Part shown: in pieces, positions 47,729-56,589 of the stretch
Layout: each line of letters opens with the position of its first letter
How positions within the stretch are numbered: the first letter of the stretch is position 1
Source of the DNA: a virus
IMG/VR virus record: IMGVR_UViG_3300027792_000010
Direction: 5' to 3' (one strand)
DNA: 64,000 bases
Translations under genes and position numbers: made by a program
Notes under the pieces: generated by a model
What the model was told of the DNA's origin: nothing
The model's database searches: none
What the model saw: only the letters and a program-made list of their open reading frames with translations

Positions 47729-48160
47729 ATGGCTAATCGTCTAAAAATCGAGTATAAGGGAAGCAACATAGGTAAGATATATCTTAGCGATGTTGGTAAA
47801 AGATATGGTCTTGGTGGAGGGCAAGAGGGTGACTATGGTACATCAGGCCAAGATCTATATATGATTTGGGGCGAGACAATTGTTTTAGACCTGACTGGGG
47901 AAGTTTTAAGAAGTATGACTGCTGGTGTTCTTAAGTTTTTCACTACAGCTTCTAGCTCAACAGCTTTTACAACTAACGGTGCTCCATTAACTCTAACTGA
48001 AGGTTCTTATACCTCTGCTGATGAGTATCCAAGAAGAGACCTTGGTGCTACAGGTGGTACAAAATTCTCGGATGCGTATCTTGCCATTCTTGCTAATGAC
48101 AAATACGCTCCTACAGGTGCTGCTGGCGCGACTGGTGTATATGTTGGAAACTCGTTCTAA
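47729..48160 (+). CDS. probable abundant virion structural protein
   Basis: AAGGAGG RBS, Gly/Thr-rich, contains two G-A-T-G motifs, followed by a strong hairpin. Confidence 0.65.
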   Translation: MANRLKIEYKGSNIGKIYLSDVGKRYGLGGGQEGDYGTSGQDLYMIWGETIVLDLTGEVLRSMTAGVLKFFTTASSSTAFTTNGAPLTLTEGSYTSADEYPRRDLGATGGTKFSDAYLAILANDKYAPTGAAGATGVYVGNSF

Positions 48161-48175
48161 GTGACGGTCTTTTTA

Positions 48176-48204
48176 AGAGTAGCTCAGAAATTCTGGGCTA
48201 CTCT
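48176..48204 (+). other. 13-bp hairpin without a following U-tract
   Basis: agagtagctcaga-aat-tctgggctactct, preceded by T5 and followed by aatcat. Confidence 0.65.
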
Positions 48205-48236
48205 AATCATCATAGATTAGATAAAGGTATAACAAA

Positions 48237-48521
48237 ATGACTATAAATAGTATACATGGAGATCTGATCCACACAGAAGAGGGTGTAAAAACCTGTGACT
48301 TATATCTTGCAGCATTCTTTGTTTCTGCTGGATGCCCAATAAAAAAGACGTATAAAGACCCAAAGAGAGTCTATTTTTTGTTTGAAAACCCAGACATGAT
48401 CGAAAGGCTGAGAGAGGACTATTTTACAAGAAGATCGAATGTCATAGCTCTAACATATGCAGACAACATAAAGTCTCTCAAAAGCCTGTGTGCAAGTATT
48501 ACAGATAATCTAAAGAGGTAA
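48237..48521 (+). CDS. DUF5659-like protein
   Basis: DLYLAAFFVSAGCPI...KRVYFLFE matches the pattern of this small phage family as recalled; not searched. Confidence 0.55.
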   Translation: MTINSIHGDLIHTEEGVKTCDLYLAAFFVSAGCPIKKTYKDPKRVYFLFENPDMIERLREDYFTRRSNVIALTYADNIKSLKSLCASITDNLKR

Positions 48522-48524
48522 AAA

Positions 48525-48737
48525 GTGGCAGGATTATACGATACTTTTCAGGGGAGTATAGGCACTGTATCCCCAGTGTTTGGTCAATATAAGCAACTTA
48601 TGGGTATTGACCTTGATATCGGAATATCCGGTATAAATGGTCTTACTGGAGCTGGAACACTACAGCCATATAATGTATGGGTGGGTATAACAGGGATACA
48701 GGGAAGTAGTCAAGTACATTCAAAGTGGGAATATTAA
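48525..48737 (+). CDS. small Gly-rich probable virion protein
   Basis: GTG start after GAGG. Contains GLTG and GITG motifs. Confidence 0.6.
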   Translation: MAGLYDTFQGSIGTVSPVFGQYKQLMGIDLDIGISGINGLTGAGTLQPYNVWVGITGIQGSSQVHSKWEY

Positions 48738-48738
48738 T

Positions 48739-49224
48739 ATGTTAAGAGTCTCGGCTATTCAGGCTATGAAGCATATAGCAGCAAGTAACTTCAAATTAGG
48801 AACTGTTGTTTTTAACGATTTTGAGGGTATTAATGAGCTTCATAAGCAGAAGGCTGTAGAAGAAGACGGAGAGATAGATTTAGATACTATTAATCAGTTT
48901 GACTTTTGGGCTGATCTTAGTATCAAATACGAAGGCAACCCTCCTGAAAGCTATAGAGTTTTGAATTCCATCCTAATGGACTGGGTGGATGATAATGAGC
49001 AGAATCTAAAAAAAATCATAAATCCACGATTGAAAAAATTCCTACAAGAAAAATATAGCGATATTGATTCCAGTGAGTTAGACGAGAACTTTGATGACTT
49101 CATTTGGGAAGATCAAGTAGATTATATGCCAGAGATAAATGAAGAGGATAAGATAGTAGATTTCAAATTAGAACTAATACTTGAAATAGAAGAAGTAGAA
49201 GAAGATCTCGATGAGGATGCTTAA
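48739..49224 (+). CDS. acidic hypothetical protein
   Basis: 161 aa, Asp/Glu-rich, leader MLRVSAIQAMKHIAAS. Confidence 0.7.
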   Translation: MLRVSAIQAMKHIAASNFKLGTVVFNDFEGINELHKQKAVEEDGEIDLDTINQFDFWADLSIKYEGNPPESYRVLNSILMDWVDDNEQNLKKIINPRLKKFLQEKYSDIDSSELDENFDDFIWEDQVDYMPEINEEDKIVDFKLELILEIEEVEEDLDEDA

Positions 49225-49313
49225 AAATATAAGCACTCAAGTTAATAGGTATGATAATATGCCGTACCGCAGGATATAATATAGGTTTCAATTCCATTTT
49301 AAAAGCGGTATTT

Positions 49314-49350
49314 AAAAGCTGTGACAGAAATGTCTCAGCTTTTTTTGTTT
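49314..49350 (+). terminator. intrinsic terminator
   Basis: aaaagctgtgaca-gaaa-tgtctcagctttt followed by tttgttt. Confidence 0.85.
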
Positions 49351-49363
49351 ATAATCTATTAAT
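49351..49363 (+). promoter_or_regulatory. class B (probable late) promoter motif
   Basis: ataatctattaat immediately after the terminator. Confidence 0.55.
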
Positions 49364-49401
49364 CTTTTATTAATTATATCTGAACTATAGAAGGGTATAT
49401 T

Positions 49402-51918
49402 ATGCTCTATTTGGGATATACATTAACGGATAGTGATTTGGTCGCCAGTTTTATTGACGATACTAATAACTATTTTGACCCGTACTTTGTATCATACACT
49501 ATAAAGTATATAGATGATATAGGAAATACTTTAATAGTTGGACAGGAAGATAGAGTACCGATACATATAGCTACTGGAAGATACAGACCAGCATTTACCA
49601 TACCTACAAACTGGAGAATAGGGTATTACTTTGTAATATGGAAGTTTAGGAATAAACTTGGATGCCCTATCTTTTATAAAAGAGAGAAATTCCAGATTGT
49701 TACTGCTGATTCTATTACAGGTATTGTTAATCTTGAGAATATAGATTTTCACAATCCTTACTATTCTATAACCGGAATAAACTATACAGGGATACAGTGC
49801 CCTCAAAAGCCAGCGGTAGCTATAGGGGATACAGGTGTAATAGGTCCTACAGGACCTATGGGTATTACAGGCGCAGCAGCTTTTTTTATTCAGAAGAATG
49901 CCAGATACGTCGATTTGAATGGGTCTGATACTACAGGTAACGGCTCTTCTACAAATCCATACAGAACAATAAAGTTTGCTTGTGACTCTATTTTAGATTC
50001 CGGGAGAAATAATCCTTACAGCATATTTGTTAATGCCGGATTATATGAAGAAAATCCATTTTTAGTCCCAGAACAAGTAGGTATCTTTTCTATGGACGAG
50101 ATGGTTATTCTTGTAGCAAATGACCCTGATACTGATTTTATAACATTATCTAATTTTTCTAACTTACAATCTATGGAGATTAGAGGTCCTATTAATGCCA
50201 CTGCCATAGTATCTATAGATGTATTGCCAGTAATGAATGGTATATACATAAGCTCAGGTAAAAGAGGTATAAGAATATCTGGTTCTGGAGCTAGTGATAG
50301 CGAACTTGTTGAAACATATATAGATTTAGATGTAGAAGAAGGTATTAGTATTGAAGATGGAGTAAATAATGTAGTGTTCAGAGGTTTATTTAGTTATGCT
50401 TATAATTATGCACTTAGGATAAGTGGTGGATCAAAAATTATTTTAAATAATTTTGATATACAAAATACTGTAACTGGTATAATAGTAGAATCTACAGGTA
50501 CAGATGTATCATTAAAAGTAGGTAGGATAAGTGGATCAGAAGTAGGTATTAAAACAGATGATAGTTCAACCTCAACTTTAGTAGCAGTTATTTTTGAGTC
50601 CTGCAATGTTGACTTAGTACAAATAGGTGGTTCATATGTTTATGTAGACTCTTCTACTATACATATTAATTTATGCATAGTAGAAGACTGGGATAGGATA
50701 ATAGGGCAGTTTTTTAATATAGATGATTTTGGTTCTGGACTAAAAATACAAGGTAGGATGGATGCAGGTTCCCCAGAACTTGGAGCTATAGCAACTATAG
50801 GCGAGGGCTCTAGCGAATCCAGAGGGTTAAAAGTTTTTGAGTACAATGCCTTAACTGATACTTTTGTAGACGTATCAAGTAGCGCCAGACAAATAGGGGG
50901 GCCTACATTTACTTTTCCTTCGAATGAAGTAAACTCGGCGGTCTATGTATCGACTGAGATAAAAGATGCTAATAGCTTATACTATAAAATAAAAGGAATA
51001 AGAACAAATACCCTTACTGCCGCAGTATTAGGTACAGGAAACATAGTATCTGAGTATTGGAATGGCTCTACATGGTATCCTTTTAATACTATGTCTTTTG
51101 ATACTGTAAATTTTTATACTTATGGTAATAATCTTTTTCAAAGAGTAACAGATAGTAATACATCTGAAATGATACATTTTTCTTGCACTATAGAAGAAGA
51201 TTGGACGGATAGTGACCCGATGCTATCAGGGACTTATAAGTATTGGATTAGATTCAGAATAGCAAGCCCTATTAGTGTTTTACCGATTTTTGATTATTAT
51301 AGAATTATTACAAGTAGAACAAGAATAGAAAAAGACGGCTTTATGACATTTAGTGGTAAAGCTAGAAGTATAAGAAGAGCGCAGTATGATATTGATTCCT
51401 CATCTAGTATAAAAAATCTACCAGCAACAGTAAATCTATATAGAGGCGACATAGGAGTCAGTAGGTATCAAAATAGCTTTACTAAAGGCGACCTATGTAA
51501 TGGAGGTTATTCCTTTTTTGTTCCGTTTGACTTGGATACAAGCTGTCCCTTAATTGTTAAAGTTGTTTATATGGTATTAGATGACTCGGCTGGGGATGTA
51601 GAAATAGTTTTTAAGTGGGATATAACGTCTATAAACTCTGATGTGTATAATACTATACAATCCCCGACTCCAACAGAAAGTATCGTTTCTATTCCAATTT
51701 CTATACCCTCAAACTCATCCTTTAAGCAAATGTTTTTTACTGGATATGTACCCATACCTACTTCGGTCCCATATGCTGGAGACGAGTCTAATTTATTGTG
51801 GGGCGAAATGAGTAGAGATGGGAGATACTCTAATAGTGCTGATACGTACCAAGGAGATTTTAACATTATACAGATATCTATAGAATACGTAGCATGGAAT
51901 AACGGGAGACACATATAA
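49402..51918 (+). CDS. tail fibre/spike protein: adaptor domain, short collagen linker, pectin-lyase-like beta-helix, C-terminal beta domains
   Basis: GDTGVIGPTGPMGITG linker. RYVDLNGSDTTGNGSSTNPYRTI is a typical beta-helix entry motif. Confidence 0.7.
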   Translation: MLYLGYTLTDSDLVASFIDDTNNYFDPYFVSYTIKYIDDIGNTLIVGQEDRVPIHIATGRYRPAFTIPTNWRIGYYFVIWKFRNKLGCPIFYKREKFQIVTADSITGIVNLENIDFHNPYYSITGINYTGIQCPQKPAVAIGDTGVIGPTGPMGITGAAAFFIQKNARYVDLNGSDTTGNGSSTNPYRTIKFACDSILDSGRNNPYSIFVNAGLYEENPFLVPEQVGIFSMDEMVILVANDPDTDFITLSNFSNLQSMEIRGPINATAIVSIDVLPVMNGIYISSGKRGIRISGSGASDSELVETYIDLDVEEGISIEDGVNNVVFRGLFSYAYNYALRISGGSKIILNNFDIQNTVTGIIVESTGTDVSLKVGRISGSEVGIKTDDSSTSTLVAVIFESCNVDLVQIGGSYVYVDSSTIHINLCIVEDWDRIIGQFFNIDDFGSGLKIQGRMDAGSPELGAIATIGEGSSESRGLKVFEYNALTDTFVDVSSSARQIGGPTFTFPSNEVNSAVYVSTEIKDANSLYYKIKGIRTNTLTAAVLGTGNIVSEYWNGSTWYPFNTMSFDTVNFYTYGNNLFQRVTDSNTSEMIHFSCTIEEDWTDSDPMLSGTYKYWIRFRIASPISVLPIFDYYRIITSRTRIEKDGFMTFSGKARSIRRAQYDIDSSSSIKNLPATVNLYRGDIGVSRYQNSFTKGDLCNGGYSFFVPFDLDTSCPLIVKVVYMVLDDSAGDVEIVFKWDITSINSDVYNTIQSPTPTESIVSIPISIPSNSSFKQMFFTGYVPIPTSVPYAGDESNLLWGEMSRDGRYSNSADTYQGDFNIIQISIEYVAWNNGRHI

Positions 51919-54290
51919 TGTCACTATTTGAAAATAATACAAATAGGTATTTAAGAACTTTAGGGTATAATATAGTAGATACGAGTTCTACTCCAATTAC
52001 ATTATATAAAAATAGCGTTCAATTTATAATTTTAGAGGGTAATATATCTCAGTCTATTATATTTGATGATGCTAGAGAGATATATGCTGGAAAAGTTTTT
52101 GAAATTACTAATAACAGTATAGAAGATTCTAATATCCAAAATTCTCTATCTATTATACTTTACACATTAAAACCTAGTACCTCTGCTCGTTTTATCCTTA
52201 ATGATAATACTACCCAAGGCGGAGTCTGGGTTATTACTACCGTAGGAGGCGAGACTGGCTCTTTAGGTATGACTGGTATACAAGGAATAACGGGATTATT
52301 CGGAGGTACTGGAGCACAAGGAGTCACAGGTCCGCAAGGTTTAACTGGAGTAGGATATATAGGATCTGATGGTCACACGGGGCCACAGGGTGTTACCGGA
52401 ATAGGGGGCACTTATGGTTTTACAGGACTACAGGGAGTCACAGGTGTAGGATTTATAGGTACCGACGGAGAAACAGGAGTACAAGGAGAAACAGGATTAT
52501 TAGGGGTTACTGGAGTTCAAGGAAATACAGGAATACAAGGACATTTAGGAAGTACAGGTGAAATAGGTGCTCAAGGTATAACTGGGTTAGCAGGCCATAC
52601 TGGAGTAAGAGGGTTTACAGGATTAGGTTATACAGGCATTCAAGGTATCACAGGTCTCATCGGACAAACAGGTCCCCAAGGGTTTACAGGATTAGGTTAC
52701 ACAGGCATTCAAGGTATAACTGGGTTAGTAGGCCATACAGGTCCTCAAGGGTTTACAGGATTAGGCTATACAGGTCTCATCGGACAAACAGGTCCCCAAG
52801 GGTTTACAGGATTAGGTTATACGGGTATTCAAGGTATCACAGGTCTCATCGGACAAACAGGTCCCCAAGGGTTTACAGGATTAGGTTATACAGGCACTCA
52901 AGGTATAACTGGGTTAGTAGGTCATACAGGTCCCCAAGGGTTTACAGGATTAGGCTATACAGGCATTCAAGGTATAACAGGTCTCATCGGACAAACTGGA
53001 GTAAGAGGGTTTACTGGATTAGGTGTAACTGGATTACAGGGACAAACCGGAATACCAGGACCTACGGGATTTCAAGGATTAACTGGTTCTCAAGGACAGA
53101 CAGGGCCTTTTGGAGTCGCAGGGTCAACTGGTTCCCCTGGAGTACAGGGACTAACAGGTAATCAGGGTATACAAGGACACACAGGATTTGTAGGATTAAC
53201 AGGATATCAGGGTATAACTGGGAATCCGGGAAATAGCCCTACAGGACCTATAGGAGCTACAGGAGTAAGAGGATTTACTGGGTTGGGTGTAACAGGGGTA
53301 CAAGGTCTTACTGGGTCACAGGGTACTCAAGGAGCTACTGGGTTGGGATCTACGGGTCTTATCGGTAGCACCGGAATACAGGGTTATACAGGATTAGGTA
53401 TTACAGGTATCCAAGGTATCCAAGGAAATACAGGGCTTATAGGTAATCAAGGACAAACAGGACCTATAGGAAGTACTGGAATTCAGGGCATCCAAGGAGT
53501 TCAAGGAATTCAAGGAATTCAAGGTGATACAGGTACTCAAGGAATCCAGGGAACTCAAGGTATAACAGGAGTAATAGGAGTCCAAGGGGTAACTGGGTTA
53601 GTGGGTTCAACCGGAGTTCAAGGGATAACAGGTTTAATCGGATCAACCGGAGTTCAAGGTATACAGGGTAATACAGGTACTCAGGGAGCCCAAGGAATCC
53701 AAGGTAGTACAGGTACTCAAGGAACCCAAGGAATAACAGGATTATTAGGATTAACTGGAGTTCAAGGTATACAGGGCAATCAAGGACAAACTGGTGTACA
53801 AGGAATCCAAGGTAGTACAGGTACTCAAGGAACCCAAGGAATAACAGGATTATTAGGATTAACTGGAGTTCAAGGTATACAAGGCAATCAAGGACAAACA
53901 GGTACTCAGGGAATCCAAGGTACTACAGGTACTCAGGGAACCCAAGGAATAACAGGACTACCTGGATCAACTGGAGTTCAAGGAACCCAAGGAATAACAG
54001 GGTTGGGTTTTACTGGAAATCCTGGTCCTACAGGATTACCTGGATTAACCGGAATCCAAGGAATCCAAGGAACCCAGGGTGTAACAGGGTTGGGTTTTAC
54101 CGGAAATCCAGGTCCTACAGGCCCCGCAGGTACGGGATCTGTCTCAGATGATTTAGTTCTTAATAGTTTGAGAATAACAGGATCTAACGGTGGTACAGGT
54201 CTTTATGTCTCTAATATATTATATGGAACTGGTACGGCTCCTACCGGAATTAATGCGCCTAATGGTACTATTTACTTTAGATATGTATAA
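51918..54290 (+). CDS. collagen-like fibre protein (G-X-T / G-X-Q triplets)
   Basis: About 630 aa of interrupted Gly-X-Y repeats between small N- and C-terminal domains. Confidence 0.9.
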   Translation: MSLFENNTNRYLRTLGYNIVDTSSTPITLYKNSVQFIILEGNISQSIIFDDAREIYAGKVFEITNNSIEDSNIQNSLSIILYTLKPSTSARFILNDNTTQGGVWVITTVGGETGSLGMTGIQGITGLFGGTGAQGVTGPQGLTGVGYIGSDGHTGPQGVTGIGGTYGFTGLQGVTGVGFIGTDGETGVQGETGLLGVTGVQGNTGIQGHLGSTGEIGAQGITGLAGHTGVRGFTGLGYTGIQGITGLIGQTGPQGFTGLGYTGIQGITGLVGHTGPQGFTGLGYTGLIGQTGPQGFTGLGYTGIQGITGLIGQTGPQGFTGLGYTGTQGITGLVGHTGPQGFTGLGYTGIQGITGLIGQTGVRGFTGLGVTGLQGQTGIPGPTGFQGLTGSQGQTGPFGVAGSTGSPGVQGLTGNQGIQGHTGFVGLTGYQGITGNPGNSPTGPIGATGVRGFTGLGVTGVQGLTGSQGTQGATGLGSTGLIGSTGIQGYTGLGITGIQGIQGNTGLIGNQGQTGPIGSTGIQGIQGVQGIQGIQGDTGTQGIQGTQGITGVIGVQGVTGLVGSTGVQGITGLIGSTGVQGIQGNTGTQGAQGIQGSTGTQGTQGITGLLGLTGVQGIQGNQGQTGVQGIQGSTGTQGTQGITGLLGLTGVQGIQGNQGQTGTQGIQGTTGTQGTQGITGLPGSTGVQGTQGITGLGFTGNPGPTGLPGLTGIQGIQGTQGVTGLGFTGNPGPTGPAGTGSVSDDLVLNSLRITGSNGGTGLYVSNILYGTGTAPTGINAPNGTIYFRYV
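52611..53006. repeat. six near-identical tandem units (5 x 69 bp + 1 x 51 bp)
   Basis: Unit encodes GFTGLGYTGIQGITGL(I/V)G(Q/H)TGPQ. Confidence 0.85.
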
Positions 54291-54304
54291 AATAGAGAGG
54301 TTGT

Positions 54305-56248
54305 ATGGCTGCTAACAGAACAAAAACTATTGAATATACCCTTCCCTCAATATTGACGGATATAGCGGAGAGCGCAGTATTCACTAACTCAGCTGATACA
54401 ACTATATACATACCAGAGACTACAAGTAGATCTTTTGTTAGTGTTTCTATGGAGGTAGTATGTGGAGATAATGGAGCCGGGAACGTAGCTCTATCAGCTT
54501 GGGGACTACAAGGATCTTGTGATTCTGGATCTAATTGGACTACAGCCGTAATAGGGAGCGGGTATGCTGCTACGGCAGAAAATATATCTCATATATTTTT
54601 TGTAGATATGACCGATGAATTTACAAGCAGATTTGGAAGTGGCACATCTGGGACTTTTATGTATGGTATATATTTAGATTATGCCTCAGCAATAAATTTC
54701 ACTAATGTATCTGCTAAGCTTATAATAACGTACAACTATGATGATAGCGCTCATAATACAAGAATAAAAACAGTACGGATACCTATTGAGAGTTTTAACG
54801 GCAGGCTCTCAAATACCGCCCAGATTATCAGGCAGGGGACGATAACAAACCAGATACCAGCACTTGATACTTTCTTACCAGAAACAAGTAAAGTATATAG
54901 ACAGATTACAGCTGAACTTTGGTCCAATACCTTACCGTCCGCAGCAACCGCTACTACTTTATATGTAAAACTTGATAGTGGGGGGGCAGAAACAACATAT
55001 GGTACTTTAGGAACGACACTAGTAACTCCTGTGACTTTAAGATTCTTCTTTAATCTTAATAGTATGGATACATCTCTTTCCCATGATCTTTATGCTAGAC
55101 ACGCTGTAGCATCACAGAGCTACTTTACAAATATAGGTGGGTGGGTTATTGTTACATATGAGTACGACCACTCTAATTCTAATACTATAATGAATAGCTT
55201 ATTTATGGGTTTTGGGGAAACAACCTGTAATACACGGTTAGTAGGAGACAAAGATATAGTTAGTATACAAAGATTTATAGAAGAGCCTGGTACTATTACT
55301 CTCCAACAGAGTGCTATTTGGGTGACTGCCGCCGCAGGGACAACAAATAGAACTTTTAATTTTGGTGTCGGGAGCCAAACCGTTACAGGATATACTGTTA
55401 CAACAGGTGGGGGGATGGCAGGTATGCTATCCATTTTTCATAGGGTTGATTCTGGGTCATATAGAGGAGCTGGAATAACTTTAGATCGCGGATTAAATAT
55501 ATTTACGGCACAATGGTATGCCTCAGCTATTGACACGTTTTCAAACGTGTCCTGTCTAATGATCCTTAATTACACTAGTGGGAAACACGCTTCCGGTGAT
55601 GGTGTACATTCTCATAGCGTACATTGGAATATATTCTCAAACAATAGAGCGACAACAGCATATATACCACCATTATCCGCTAGTAGGCAACCAACAATCA
55701 TAGAACCAAATTACTATTTGTTAGGAGTTATGCCTGTAGTATATCAGAATGGAACAACAGGGGCAATTCAATATTTAGTTTTTCAATGTGAAAATCTATC
55801 TACAGAGTCTAATGCAGGGGGTTGGACTGACCTGTTTTCCTCAGTAGGGATTACTAGTAATGAAAGAATGTTTCAAATATCAAATGGTGTATGTAGATTT
55901 GCTTTTAAACGATGGCCTCTAGATACTGATAGTACAAGGTTAGACATAGAAGGTGCTAGGTCATGGAGAATAACAGGTCTCTCTGCTCAATACGGTGTAG
56001 GATTATGGATTACATATCATTCCGTGACGTATACCATAGCAGGATCAATAAAGAATTATACTGGAGACGGATCTGGTATTACTGTAAATATACACAGAAC
56101 AGATACAGATGAGTTAATAGGATCAACTACTACTTCAGTAGGAGGCTCCTATACTATAACCTGGTATGATAATGAAACTAATGTTTATGCTAATGCTATT
56201 CAAAACTCTACACACATAGGAAGATCTATAGACGGATTAGCAGTTTAA
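54305..56248 (+). CDS. virion protein, beta-rich, probable fibre tip/receptor-binding component
   Basis: 647 aa Thr/Ser/Gly-rich with an internal two-fold similarity and a C-terminal Ig/carboxypeptidase-regulatory-like domain (IAGSIKNYTG..ITVNIHRTDT). Confidence 0.55.
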   Translation: MAANRTKTIEYTLPSILTDIAESAVFTNSADTTIYIPETTSRSFVSVSMEVVCGDNGAGNVALSAWGLQGSCDSGSNWTTAVIGSGYAATAENISHIFFVDMTDEFTSRFGSGTSGTFMYGIYLDYASAINFTNVSAKLIITYNYDDSAHNTRIKTVRIPIESFNGRLSNTAQIIRQGTITNQIPALDTFLPETSKVYRQITAELWSNTLPSAATATTLYVKLDSGGAETTYGTLGTTLVTPVTLRFFFNLNSMDTSLSHDLYARHAVASQSYFTNIGGWVIVTYEYDHSNSNTIMNSLFMGFGETTCNTRLVGDKDIVSIQRFIEEPGTITLQQSAIWVTAAAGTTNRTFNFGVGSQTVTGYTVTTGGGMAGMLSIFHRVDSGSYRGAGITLDRGLNIFTAQWYASAIDTFSNVSCLMILNYTSGKHASGDGVHSHSVHWNIFSNNRATTAYIPPLSASRQPTIIEPNYYLLGVMPVVYQNGTTGAIQYLVFQCENLSTESNAGGWTDLFSSVGITSNERMFQISNGVCRFAFKRWPLDTDSTRLDIEGARSWRITGLSAQYGVGLWITYHSVTYTIAGSIKNYTGDGSGITVNIHRTDTDELIGSTTTSVGGSYTITWYDNETNVYANAIQNSTHIGRSIDGLAV

Positions 56249-56257
56249 GAGGTATCT

Positions 56258-56461
56258 ATGTCTTTTGATATTATACTAAGAGAAAATACTGGACAAAATT
56301 TTGATATAAATTTTGGTACCAATGCTTATACCGTAGTAGAGGGTATTCCAAAGCAAGTAGCAGACACATACGTTTTAGTAGATGGTACTTGGAGATTGGT
56401 TACCGAGGCTTATATTAGTGTTAACGGGACATGGGAACAAAGCACAGGTATGGATATATAG
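56258..56461 (+). CDS. small virion fibre-associated protein
   Basis: Duplicated YVLVDGTWR / YISVNGTWE beta-hairpin motif. Confidence 0.65.
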   Translation: MSFDIILRENTGQNFDINFGTNAYTVVEGIPKQVADTYVLVDGTWRLVTEAYISVNGTWEQSTGMDI

Positions 56462-56589
56462 TACATCAGTATCTTAGTTTATCTACTTAATTGTAGAAAT
56501 AGTTTCCACCAATTAAATCTTATTAGCTTCTAATAATGAATTAATAAAAAAGTACAAATAGACATACTCTATTTAAAAGGGATACACAA

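Noticed and set aside
49260-49312. tRNA-like element (ggtttcaattcc resembling a T-loop, taccgc/gcggta stem)
   Set aside because: Too short, and no D-arm, anticodon arm or proper T-stem can be formed. It is at most a simple hairpin.
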